Both the position numbers and the translations under genes were made by a program. Under the pieces are notes generated by a model, which was given only the letters and a program-made list of their open reading frames with translations, was not told the origin of the DNA and searched no databases. Below, one piece after another: positions 26,445 through 38,349 of a stretch of DNA of 64,000 nt (position 1 is the first letter of the stretch; each line of letters opens with the position of its first letter). Origin of the DNA: Octopus sinensis (lineage: Eukaryota); contig NC_043025.1 in the NCBI RefSeq assembly GCF_006345805.1, positions 14,446,001 to 14,510,000 on the forward strand. Reading direction: 5' to 3'.

Positions 26445-27475
26445 GTAAGTTTGGCCATGAAATTCCATCTCTTGGGGATCACAAATTAACCTCCATCCTC
26501 ATCATCATTCTCTTCAGGTAACAAAAGCTATCTTCTAAGGACCCCCCCCCCTCCTGACATTTGAAGAAGTCTATTCTCTGTGTCACGCTGAATATCCCCG
26601 AGAACTACGTTAAGGGTGCACGTGTCTGTGGAGTGCTCAGCCACTTACACGTTAATTTCATGAGCAGGCTGTTCCGTTGATTCAGATCAGCCGGAACCCT
26701 CATCGTCGTAACCGACAGAGTGCTTGAAAATTAATGTTTATTTTGCCCCCACATCTGCCATACACAATGATTACTTTTTCTGTTGTGGTAAGACACTGGA
26801 GCCTGGTGCAGCTCTCCAGCCTTGCCAGCCCCTGTCAAGCCATCCGACCCACGCCAGATTAATGGTACTGCATGTGATGAGGGGCTCATGCAGCCATTCA
26901 TAACCTCATTGTTATATAATCATCTCATTAATATTCGTATTACGTATTGTCCCCTTTGTGGTGTCCTGTCTGTCCTTGTTTGTTCCCCTCTATGTTGGGC
27001 CCTTTTTGCTAATAAAGAAACGAAGACTAAAAACCTCCAAAGGAATGAGTAGCGGTGCTATGCTGGGGGTCGAAGAAGTTGTGGGATGACGTCAGCAGCT
27101 GGGGGTCGAAGAGGTTGTGGGATGACGTCAGCAGCTGGGCTCACTGACCGGAAGTTGGGGCAGCCGTGAGGCGTGCGCAGGGAGCGGGGATTTCGGCCTT
27201 TCAAACCAGGGTCGTCGAGGTGTCAAGACGGGGGAAGACGTTGCTAAGGTCGGGTGAAGCAGCTGCTATCTTTAGCGTTCGGGTCGGGGCTGTGTCGAAG
27301 GATCCGTTACCACTGAAGGGTCTCCATCGGAGCGAAGAGAAGGTAGGTGCCTTTATATTCGAATCACGCACACACTACAGAGGTTTCGTGATGGTAAAAT
27401 GAGAGTGTAATTAGGTGTTAGGACAGACCCTGTTCCGTTGTTTGCTAACCCTTGTCTTTGCTGTTCCCTCTTCAG

Positions 27476-27566
27476 GAGCGCCACGCGGCCAACACTTTGG
27501 ACAAACTGAAACAATTTGTGTCCAAGCTGCCACATCTGACTGCTGTACGACAGGCCGTTGCCAACC
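27476..27566 (+). CDS. VPS33A: VPS33A exon 9
   Basis: Branch-like gctaac, then ttcag|ERHAANTLDKLKQFVSKLPHLTAVRQAVAN+C|gtgagt; 91 nt. Confidence 0.94.
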
Positions 27567-28221
27567 GTGAGTGTTTCCTTGCATGTCTTACTTCATTTGA
27601 CCCCTTAGCATTTAACCTGGCCATATCTGGCTGTGTGGGGACCCCGTATGTCAACAAATAGACCCAGTGTTTCCTCTGCATGTCATAAAAGGTGTCCAAA
27701 AGAGGTTGAGGTAGGTTTTGCCTTCCAGCCTTGTAGAACCCTACCCAACAATAACTACCCAAAACGGTCCCATTTGACCCTTTCGATAGCAACCTGGCTG
27801 AAACCACCTCTGGCTCTGTAGTACAAATGTCTTGTTTTCATAAGTTTTAAATTAAAATCTTCCACCAAACCTTAGTCACAATTTATGTTCCTAACACTAG
27901 CTGAATGGTAACTAAGTTATTTTACTAAATTCTTTGTTATATTTAAAATTAATTGGTTGAAATTACCGAAATCGGACTACTTTGACCTGAAATAACTTCG
28001 TAAATATAAGTTTTTCTCAAAAATGCTAAGAGTAAAAGATGTTTTATGTGACACATTCTACCAGTGTCCGAAGTTTGAAAGTTACAAAAAAATTATTTTT
28101 TAAATCTGTCGGTCAAAAGGTGAAGACCCTATATTTTATTGTTACTGCATGGTTATAGTGTAAAAAAAGGTGTTGTCATAGCAACTGGTGATACAGCATT
28201 TCTTATTTGTTATATTTCCAG

Positions 28222-28296
28222 ATCTTTCTATTGTGGAACTCATTAAGTCTGCAATTAGCACTGATGACTTTATCGACTGCCACAGAACGGAAAATG
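28222..28296 (+). CDS. VPS33A: VPS33A exon 10
   Basis: tttccag|AT+LSIVELIKSAISTDDFIDCHRTEN+G|gtaaga; 75 nt. Confidence 0.9.
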
Positions 28297-28724
28297 GTAA
28301 GATGTCTTCTCTCTAGTTCCTTTGTTCTTTTACTCTTTTCCTTGTTTCTGTCATTTGACTGTGGCCATGCTGGAGCACCGCCTTTTAGTCGAACAGATCG
28401 ACTGCAGGACTTATTCTTTGTAAGCCTAGTACGTATTCTATCAGTCTCTTTTGCCGAACTGCTAAGTTATGGTGACATAAACACACCAACCATCGGTTGT
28501 CAAGCGATGTTTGGGGGACAAACACAGACACAAAAACTTACACACACACACTCACACGCATATATGACAGGTTTCTTTCTCTTTCCATCTCCCAAATCAC
28601 TCTCAAGGCTTTGGTCGAACCGAGGCTATAGTAGAAGACACTTGCCCAAGGTGCCGCACAGTGGGTCTGAACCCGGAACCATGTGGTTGGGAAGCAAGCT
28701 TCTTACCACACAGCCACTCCTGCG

Positions 28725-28765
<41 letters not shown>

Positions 28766-29144
28766 CCAGATCTGACTGGCCTGGTGCAGCCTTCGGGCTT
28801 GCCAGACCCCAGTTGAACCGTCCAACCCATGCCAGCATGGAAAGCGGACGTTAAACGATGATGATGATGATGATGATATATATATATATATGATGATGGG
28901 CTTCTTTCAGTTTCCGTCTATCAAATCCACTCTCAAGGCTTTGGTCGGCTGAGGCTATAGTAGAAGACACTTGTCCAAGGTGTGATGCTGTGGGAGTGAA
29001 CCCAGACCATGTGGTTGGGAAACAAGCTTCTTACCATACAGCCACTCCTGCGCTTTGTTTATTATGTTAAAGTATTTATTAGGAGATGCATGAATGCCAC
29101 AGCATCATCTGTCTTATTAACTCTGTATGTTAATGTTTCTGTAG

Positions 29145-29224
29145 ATTTTATCAATGGCTTGGATACAGACAAACCCAACCCCTTCATTGAGGACTGCATT
29201 GCCAGGGAGGTACCCTTGCTCAAG
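29145..29224 (+). CDS. VPS33A: VPS33A exon 11
   Basis: ttctgtag|AT+FINGLDTDKPNPFIEDCIAREVPLLK|gtaaac; 80 nt. Confidence 0.92.
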
Positions 29225-29595
29225 GTAAACTATCTCTCCTTATACCCCTATCTCTCTTTCTCTCTCTCTCCCTTTCTCTCTCTCTCTCCCTTTCTCTCTC
29301 CTTTTCTCTCTCTCTCCCTCCATTTCTCTCTCTCTCCCTTTCTCTCTCTCTCCTTTTCTCTCTCTCTCTCTCTCTCCCTTTCTCTCTCCTTTTCTCTCTC
29401 TCTCTCTCCCTTTCTCTCTTGCTCCCTACAAAAAACACATATTGTCTACAGCAGACCCAAAAGTACTGCCCCTACCTGACCCCTCTTTAGTCCCAACATT
29501 GCATCACACCCCTGCTACACCCTCTTCTTCCCACCCCATCTCTTCTATTGCCACCCTGCTCCCTACTACAGTGTCTTGTTCTGCTCCACCCCCAG

Positions 29596-29682
29596 GTACT
29601 CCGGCTCATATGTACCCAGGTGTACTGCAACAATGGACTGAAACAGAAGGTATTGGACTTCTACAAACGAGAGATTATCCAG
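29596..29682 (+). CDS. VPS33A: VPS33A exon 12
   Basis: cccccag|[29 protein letters not shown]|gtaagt; 87 nt. Confidence 0.95.
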
Positions 29683-30967
29683 GTAAGTGTCAGGTACCCT
29701 TTGGATATTATAGACAGGCTGATGTAAAAGTAGGTATACAGTTACAAAAAAAGAAAGTTACGTTCAAAGTATTATTATTATTATAGTTATGATAAATGTA
29801 TTTTTATGATTAATGACACTGAAAATATCAGAAATGAGGCTAATTAATTTAATGTGCTAATAATTTTAACGAATTAAGTATTATATACATATACATTTTT
29901 TAATAATATATTATTATTAAAATTAGGAAATCAATATCAAAACTCCTCAGAAAGATATGCACGTGTGAAAAATAATTGTTGTATTAAAAATATATAAATA
30001 AATAAATATAAATATGTATAAAAATATATGTAAATATCTATAAGTATAAATAAAATCGATCAGCATCAATGGAATTTGTAGTTTTGTGGTACCAGTGCCG
30101 GTGGCACATAAGAAAACCATCTGAACGTGGCCGTAGCCAGTACCGCATCGACTGGCCTCCGTGTTGGTGTCACGTAACAAACACCATCCGATCGTGGCCG
30201 TTTGCCAGCCTCGTCTGGCACCTGTGTCAGTGGCACATAAAAAGCACCCACTACACTCACGGAGTGGTTGGCGTTAGGAAGGGCATCCAGCTGTAGAAAC
30301 ACTGCCAGATCTGACTGGCCTGGTGCAGCCTTCTGGCTTCCCAGACCCCAGTTGAACCGTCCAACCTGTGCTAGCATGGAAAGCGGACGTTAAATGATGA
30401 TGATGATGATGTATATGACAGTTTAAAAGTTTTGAATTAATTATTTAAAGCATCTTACGATCGTTTCACAGAAGAGTTGTCCCTAGAATGAAATCCTAGA
30501 TTGATAAGCATTTATAGACAACGCTTCTGTCATATACATTATATATTTATGCTTATACATATTTATATTTATTTATTTGTATATTTTTAATATATCTTTC
30601 TGAGGAGTTCTGATATTGATTTCCTAATATTAATAATAATATATTATTTATACTTCCCAGACCCCAGTTGAACCGTCCAACCCATGCTAGCATGGAAAGC
30701 GGATGTTAAACGATGATGATGATGATTTATAATCGCTCGTGCTAAATATATAAATACTTTAATAGTATTGATACTTTGATACAATGGAGCACTCAATATA
30801 AATTCAGTCCATAATATTCTCATTGAATACATTTATGAATTGAGTATTATAACATTGATGTGGTCCTTACTGCATACCTTTTGCACCCATCATGCATATC
30901 ATCACACACACACACACACACACTCGCTCGCTCCTTCAGGTGTAGCAATCTCTTTGTTTCTTTGCAG

Positions 30968-31099
30968 ACGTATGGTTTTCAGCATCTGGTGACTTTGACG
31001 AACCTGGAGAAGATCGGCCTCCTCCGTACTCAGGGACAGAAGACGTACCTGACAATCAGGAAATCCCTGCGACTGATTGTCGACGACGTTAACGAACAG
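30968..31099 (+). CDS. VPS33A: VPS33A exon 13
   Basis: tttgcag|[44 protein letters not shown]|gtaagg; 132 nt. Confidence 0.95.
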
Positions 31100-31703
31100 G
31101 TAAGGTGGCACAGTGGGGAAAGCACAGAGAGGGATCTGCTTAGTGGTGGTGGTGGCGGTGGCGGTGGTGGTGGTGGGAGGGGCTGTCACAGTGAGGGGAG
31201 TTGGGTGGCACAACATGGGTAGGAGTAAGGTGGGGCAACACGAGGAGATGAGGTGGCACTGTATTTTGGGTGTATGAGACGGCACAGCACGGGGCATTGA
31301 GACTGGACAGTATGGCACGTGGAGTATGGTGGCGCAGCACGGTTGGTAGGAGGGGGCGAGGTGGCACAGCATGTGGGGAGGAAAGCATCATAGTATGGGT
31401 GGGTAGGGGGTAATGGGAAAGGCAAAGGGGGCCGATACAGCTTGGCACCTGTGACATCACAACTCCTTTCTACAGCTGAGGGAACTGGAGCAATGTGAAA
31501 ATAAAGTCTCTTGCTCAAGAACACAATCAATTGCTCAGTCCAGGAATCAAAACCACAATCTTACGATCAGGAGTCCTACACCCAAAACCCTAAGCCATAT
31601 GCTTCCTCCACACAGCCTTGCCAGCCCCTATATTAGAAGTAACACCCAAACCCTTTCTCAATTCTTGCCCTGTATCTATCCCTGTTCTCATCTACCATTT
31701 CAG

Positions 31704-31872
31704 AACCCCACCGATATAGCGCATGTCTACAGCGGCTATGCACCTCTCAGTATACGACTGGCCCAGCATTTAGCCCAGCCTGGTTGGCGGAGTATCACAG
31801 AGGTCCTTAAGTTACTCCCCGGAAGTACAGTGGAGGAAGTTCAACAGATCCCTGTGGCCCTACGAAAGAGAC
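31704..31872 (+). CDS. VPS33A: VPS33A exon 14
   Basis: atttcag|[56 protein letters not shown]+C|gtgagt; 169 nt. Confidence 0.96.
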
Positions 31873-33769
31873 GTGAGTATAACACTTCCACTTCATAATG
31901 TCTGTGTCTGTGTGTCCTTGCATGTATGGGAGTGCAAATGGGGGTAGCCGATGCCAGTGTCGCATACCTGGCACCTGTGCCAGTGACATGTAAAAAGCAC
32001 CTTTTAAACTTTGGGCCTCACAGAGGCAGTGACAAGTGACTGAGTCCTCTGGTAATATGTCACGAAGGCCGTGAGCTGGCAGAAACGTTAGTATGCCGGA
32101 CGAAAAGCTTAGTGGTATTTCGTCTACCGCTATGTTCTGAGTTCAAGTTCCGCCATGGTCGACTTTGCCTTTCATCCTTTCGAGGTTGATTAAATAAGTA
32201 CCAGTTATACACTGGGGTCGATATAATCGATTTAATCCGTTTGTCTGTCCTTGTTTGTCCCCTCTATGTTTAGCCCCTTGTGGGCAATAAAGAAATTCAG
32301 CCAGTGTTAGGAACATAAATTGTGACTAAGGTTTGGTGGAAGATTTTAATTCAGAACTTTTGAAAACAAGACATTTGTACTCAGAGCCGGTTTCAGGCAG
32401 GTTGGCATCAAAAGGGTTAAAACCTGGTATTTCCAAACCATCTCATCTTCCATTTGTTGCTTTACTTAGTTTTGTTTCTTCCGGACTTTTCCTTGACTGA
32501 TGCTAACTCAATCCCCTAATGGAATGTCTTCTAAGCTGGTAGGAGCTAATCCATGTCAACGAGCAATGACCAACTAAATGACTACCCGGGGTAATATCGT
32601 CCATCGACGAAGGGGGTACCACACTGACTGTCATGTAAGCAAAGTCCGATTTCTGCTGCAGTAAGGGGAACCGCACAGCAGATGCTCCCAACCATTTATT
32701 TTCTTGCCCGATTTCCTGTCAAGGGGTTAGCAACGCGTGGCAAGGGAGACAACTCCTTATCTAAAAAAAAACCAGTAGCTTATCTCGGAATATCTCAATC
32801 ACCAAACTCTATTGAGAGTTACTGTGACACATCCACAGGGCAGTGGCACAGCTAATTGGGGAGCAAGGGGGGGGGGGACGACACCCCCACACCTTCCTGA
32901 GCACATTTTGCAGAAATGGTGCTCTTTCAACATTTTTTTTTGAGACCGGGCGATGTGTGTGTTTATGAGCGAAACACCTAAGCTCCACGCGGGTCCCGCA
33001 GAAGGTAATGGCGAAACTTCTGACTCTTTCACCACAACTTTCTCTCACTCTTTCCTCCTGCATCTTGCAGCTCACCTGCGACGGACCGGCGTCCCGTCCA
33101 GGTGGGGAACCTATATGCCAAGGAAACCGGGAAACCAGCCCTATGAGCCAGGCATGGCTCGAGAAGGAACTATTGGTCTCTTTTGGTGAACCGCTAAGTT
33201 ATGAGAATGTAAACACACCAACACCGGTTGCCAAGCAGTTATGGGTGGGTGGGTGGGACAAACACAGACACAAAGACACACACACATAGATATATGCATG
33301 GTTTTATATATATATATATATGACGGGCTTCTCTCAATTTCCATCTACCAAATCCACTCACAAGGCTTTGGTTGGTCCGAGGCTATAGGAGAAGACACTT
33401 GCCCAAGGTGCCATGCAGTGGGACTGAACCCAGAACCATGTAGTTGGGAAGCAAGCTTCTTACCACACAGCCACACTTGAATGAGATGATTGTATAATAT
33501 CCATAGTCTCAGTTGGTTGGTCATGCTTGGGAATCCAGCCAGAAGGTATAATGATGGCTGTCTCTAATAGGACCCTAGTGAGGAGGTTCTTGAGGGCTCT
33601 ACACCAATGACCCTTCCAGGAGTAGTGGGCGGAAAAGGTGGATGGCTAAATGACCTTTCCTTGTCCCTTAATTTCATGCTAACACATCCCCACTCCCCAC
33701 ATAGGTCCCCCTGTGACCCCAAGTTTGATCTCTGATCCATTGAACCCATGTCTTCTTGTCTGTTTACAG

Positions 33770-33889
33770 GGAGTTCCGTAACTTCAAACCATTCCCAGAA
33801 GGTCACGTTGGTCTTCTTCCTCGGAGGCATCACCTACGCTGAGATCGCGGCCCTTCGTTTCCTGGCTCAACAAGATGATGGCAATGTTG
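33770..33889 (+). CDS. VPS33A: VPS33A exon 15
   Basis: tttacag|GG+[39 protein letters not shown]+G|gtgagt; Sec1-family GGxTxxE motif; 120 nt. Confidence 0.95.
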
Positions 33890-34028
33890 GTGAGTCCCTT
33901 TTCTGTCTTGGTTTTTGTAAGATCACTCGACCATTCATATCATTATCATCATCATCATCATCATCACCATTTTCCTCATCATCATCGTCATCACCACCAT
34001 CCTCCTCTTCATCATCACCACTGTTACC

Positions 34029-34457
34029 CACTGCTGGATTAACCATTAAACAAAATAAGCATGTGATTAGGGCATCATGGGAAGTAGGGAGCACCACAGA
34101 AATGGTAAATGGTTTATGGCACAAAAGAAATCACTTTAAACTTGCTGAAATGATATTCGGGATGCCTTTCTCTCTACTAAGTATAGATGCAGATGTGTTA
34201 CCTGAGATTAATTTTGAGGATCTGATCCAAGACTTTGCAATTAAAAAAAGTAGGAGGAAACTTTTCAAATATAAATAAAAATTGGAAGGAGACAAAAATG
34301 AACATTATTTTCCCTTTCACTGTTTTTGTTTCGTTTTGAAAAATAAAAATTTATTTCAGGGTTTGTTATTGTTTATATTTTGAACTACGTAATCTTTTAT
34401 GGGGGCACCAGAATCTTTTGAGTGCTTAGGGCCTTGGTGGGTCTTAATCCGGCCCTG
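34029..34457 (+). mobile_element. Internally deleted hAT element
   Basis: hATC-like C-terminus [31 protein letters not shown]; imperfect TIRs (...ctggattaa / ttaatccggccctg); same terminus at about 8390-8447. Confidence 0.6.
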
Positions 34458-34637
34458 CATACGACCCATTGCCTTGTCACTGTAAGCTTGCCTGCAGGAC
34501 TATGATGAATAAGAGGGTGTTGAGGGCTGATCCTTGGTGAATCCCTACTTCTACTCGGAATTCTTCACTATACTCGTTGCCAACCCTTACCTTACTAACA
34601 GCATCCCTGTACAAGGCCTGTACAGCTCTTATTAACC

Positions 34638-35151
34638 ACTAGCAGTATCGCCCGGCGTTGCTCGGGTTTGTAAGGGAAATAACTATATAAGCATTTTTAG
34701 AGAGTTACTTCCCTTATAGATGCCAATTCAGGCTTTCTTAGCCATTTTTGTTTTGGTGTCTTCAAGCCATGAAGTCGTTGTTCTAAAAGAACGCTGGTCT
34801 CCTTGACAACGCTTTACGACGTTGATTTCCTTACACTCCCTTCCCCACAGCTTCACGAGGGAGGGAAGAAGGGGGAGAAGCAAACAGGTGCAGCTGTGAC
34901 CATGGACACCAACTCCGCCGCCATCGACACACGAAAAATTATGCATTAAAATGGAATAAAAAATGATGTTAAATTTTTTTTAAATCGTAGACTCATCGTA
35001 GACGCACGCTAATACCCAGAAGGGCTCGATATGAATCACGACTATAAGATACCCGAATTTGGTTAAACTGCACTGCAAAATGTGGGAGTAGTTAGGAATC
35101 TAAATCGAAGGGGACAGACACTCACACAACTACAGTTTTATATATATAGAT
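34638..35151 (+). mobile_element. Non-autonomous Helentron/DINE-like element
   Basis: 5' actagcagtatcgcccggcgttgctcggg (short internal inverted repeat) and 3' ttttatatatatagat terminus; a similar 5' end at about 63297. Confidence 0.55.
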
Positions 35152-35400
35152 TTGTCAATCCCTAGTTTCCGCATCGCCCACCAGATAAGGGATTAGGGGA
35201 CCCTGTCAAAGGCTTTCTCCAAGTATAGGAGTTTACCTTTGGCTAGGTACTTCTCCTCCAGTTGTTGGACCAGGAATATAGAACCAGTGGTTCTTCTACC
35301 TGGCACAAAACCAAACTGCATCTCGCCTAAGCCGACTCTCTCCCTAATTAGTTGGTCTGTGGTGCTCAGTAAGCTGTCCCATAGGAATTTCCAGCTGACC
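35152..35400 (-). mobile_element. RTE LINE reverse transcriptase fragment
   Basis: ...RVGLGEMQFGFVPGRRTTGSIFLVQQLEEKYLAKGK...EKAFDRVP...IWWAMRKLGID. Confidence 0.75.
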
Positions 35401-35527
35401 AGATTTCAGTGAAGGCCTCTAACCCATGCTAGCATGGAAAGCAGACAGTAAATGATGAAGTCCAACTGCTATTTCTTCTGCTTGATCTCTCACTCTCTCT
35501 CTCTCTCTCTCTCATTGCTCTCCACAG

Positions 35528-35631
35528 GTGGTACAGACTACATAATCGCCACAACCAAACTGATCAATGGTAACAGCCTGCTGGAGTCTGTGATGGAGAA
35601 CCTGGAACCAGCGAAAGTCAACCCGTTTTGA
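35528..35631 (+). CDS. VPS33A: VPS33A exon 16 (terminal coding exon)
   Basis: tccacag|GT+GTDYIIATTKLINGNSLLESVMENLEPAKVNPF-TGA. The 16 exons sum to 1833 nt (610 aa + stop) with no frame break. Confidence 0.95.
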
Positions 35632-35654
35632 GGATGACCAACACAACCAACAGC

Positions 35655-35655
35655 A

Positions 35656-35688
<33 letters not shown>

Positions 35689-36033
35689 TGGAAGGTTTGG
35701 AGATGATGTACAGGTATTTTATATTAGAAGAAATGAGGTACTCAGAAAATCGGATGGTTTTATATTTACAGATATTTATTTGTATATTACAATTTTTTAT
35801 ATATACATCATATCACTTAGATCATTAGGGCTTTCTCCCATTCTAGTGGGGTTTTCTTAGTTTGATTTGAAAACCTACTGGAATGGGAGAAAGCACTAAT
35901 ACACGATCTAAGTTATATGATGTATAAAAAATGTAATATACAAATAAATATCTGTAAATACAAACCATCCGATCTTCTGATTACCTCATTTCTTCTAATA
36001 TATAATACCTGTACATCATCTCCAAACCTTCCA

Positions 36034-36068
<35 letters not shown>

Positions 36069-36069
36069 T
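35655..36069. repeat. Long inverted repeat in the VPS33A 3' UTR region
   Basis: Arms 35655-35856 and 35869-36069, 12-nt loop, scattered mismatches. Confidence 0.9.
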
Positions 36070-36507
36070 ATGTGCTATGTCCAGCATGGAAGATGGCTGT
36101 TAAACAATGAGGAATATACATACACTCACACACACACGTGTGTGTTTATATATATACATATATGCACTTGTACATACCTGTATTATTATATACACACACA
36201 CCTATGTATGTGTGTGTGTGTATATATAATCATACATATATACACTTGTGCAGACATCATCTTCATTTAACATGGAAAGCAGACATTAAACAATAATGAT
36301 GATGTATGTACAAGTGCATATATGTATGTATATATATATATATATACACACGCCTGTGTGTGTATATATCCATCTATCTGTCTATCTCTATCTATCTATA
36401 CGTATACACACACTTCCTACCTACTTCTCTCTCTCTGTCTCTTTCCCTCTCCGTATACAAACATCTTTAAAGCTGTTTACAAATATATAAATGTATATAT
36501 TTTTTTA

Positions 36508-36513
36508 AATAAA
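36508..36513 (+). promoter_or_regulatory. Candidate VPS33A polyadenylation signal
   Basis: AATAAA about 880 nt after the stop codon; another AATAAA near 36620. Not verifiable without transcripts. Confidence 0.3.
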
Positions 36514-37508
36514 GGAGTATCAAAAAGCGGGGTCAGCTGACTGCATTTTCTGTTTAGTTCACAACCGAGAGAGTTGGCTTCGGCATGGACTGTCATGGAA
36601 GGATTCCCTATTTCATGGAAATAAACCGGGAGTTGTTACCATGGATACGGCATGATGCAAGATTGGTTTACTGAAGTTTATGAAACATTTGTAAATTGAG
36701 AGTGGCTGTGTGGTAAGTAGCTTGCTTACCAACCACATGGTTCCGGGTTCAGTCCCACTGCGTGGCATCTTGGGCAAGTGTCTTCTACTATAGCCTCAGG
36801 CCGACCAAAGCCTTGTGAGTGGATTTTGTAGGCGGAAACTGAAAGAAGCCTGTCGTATATATATATATATATATGTATATAGGTGTAGGAGTGGCTGTGT
36901 GGTAAGTAGCTTGCTTACCAACCACATGGTTCCGGGTTCAGTCCCACTGCGTGACATCTTGAGCAAGTGTCTTCTACTATAGCCACAGACCGACCAAAGC
37001 ATTGTGAGTGAATTTGGTAGACGGAAACTGAAAGAAGCCTGTCGTATATATGTATATATATATGTGTATGTGTGTGTGTTTGTGTGTCTGTGTTTGTCCC
37101 CCTAGCATTGCTTGACAACCGATGCTGGTGTGTTTACGTCCCCGTAACTTAGCGGTTTGGCAAAAATAGACCGATAGAATAAGTACTGGGCTTACAAAAG
37201 AATAAGTCCTGGGGTCGATTTGCTCGACTAGTGGCAGTGCTCCAGCATGGCCGCAGTCTAATGACTGAAACAAGTAAAAGAGTAAAGAGAAAATCTAAGC
37301 AGCTAACTCCATTTTTTTGATGTTCCTTTGTTATATATAAATACTCTACGAATCTTCAGATGCTTTCTGGATATTCGGATTGTTGGTTTAGCAGCATCCT
37401 GGGGAACATTGCCACCATTCAACTTTCAGCGATCTACCATATGTGCAGGTGCTTAACGAGGTAAACGCCTAGATTACATGTCCCAGTTTACCTGATACAT
37501 ACATATAT

Positions 37509-37563
<55 letters not shown>

Positions 37564-37648
37564 GTAGGTCCCGGGTTGAGTCGGGGTCAACCACAGTAAA
37601 TAAGGTACTCAATACATAGCAGAGTAAATTAATTTATTTTATAGAAGG

Positions 37649-37699
37649 ATCTTCTACAGGACTAGTACTGTTTCATTCAAATGAAATCATCAGGAAGCT
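37649..37699 (-). ncRNA. Type I hammerhead ribozyme motif (family E), left arm of the palindrome
   Basis: Reverse complement of the 37732-37782 motif, with one mismatch in stem I. Confidence 0.75.
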
Positions 37700-37731
37700 G
37701 GCTGTCAAAATAAGACCTTATTTTGACAGCC

Positions 37732-37782
37732 AGCTTCCTGATGATTTCATTTGAATGAAACAGTACTAGTCCTGTAGAAGCT
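37732..37782 (+). ncRNA. Type I hammerhead ribozyme motif (family E), right arm of a palindrome
   Basis: agcttc-CTGATGA-t ttc attt gaa t-GAAAC-ag tactagtc ct-GTA-gaagct. Canonical core, 6-bp stem I, predicted cleavage after 37776. Confidence 0.8.
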
Positions 37783-37804
37783 CCTTCTATAAAATAAATA
37801 TATA

Positions 37805-37848
<44 letters not shown>

Positions 37849-38349
37849 ATTTTTTACTGTTCTGTCAAGGTAGGATCAACAAAAAAAAGCACTTCTCCAG
37901 ATGACCACCACTACAATAACAGCAGGAAAAATCAAAGGGAAAAGACTTGTTCTTCAAAGAACTTCTAATATGAAACAAGTGAAGTGGCGAGAGGGGGGTG
38001 GGGCTGGTTTTAGTCCCCAGTTCCCCCTCCCCCACCACCCCCACCACCACCACTGCTACCAGTCAGTCCAACCTAGGATTCCTCCTCCTCCTTCTTCCCA
38101 TCTCCCACCACTACCACCACTTTCCCTAATAATTTATTCATTCAAATAACTTTTTAACAAATATTCTTTTCTCTCTGTAAAAAAAACAAAAAAAAAATTC
38201 TGATGAAAATTTTATTTTTTCTAAAATAAAATAAAATAAAATTCTAAAAATCCTGTGTTGTTTTTTTTCGTTTGTTTGTTTGCTTAAACAACCTAAACAC
38301 AGGTTGCTATTTCTACCCAAATTGCACATTTTAATTCATAATAATGATT

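Larger units (their letters stand above)
37632..37799. repeat. Near-perfect palindrome, 82-bp arms, 4-nt loop
   Basis: 37632-37713 is the reverse complement of 37718-37799 with one mismatch. Confidence 0.95.

Noticed and set aside
32640-32800. Possible RTE-like 5' UTR, considered as an HDV-like ribozyme
   Set aside because: Only a P2-like pair (cttgcc/ggcaag) was evident; I could not build P1, P1.1 and the catalytic J4/2 by eye. An RNArobo HDV descriptor search would decide.
36663-36692. CTGAAGT-ttat-GAAAC-attt-GTA hammerhead look-alike in the VPS33A 3' region
   Set aside because: A9 is missing, there is no stem II pairing and stem I cannot close; probably chance.
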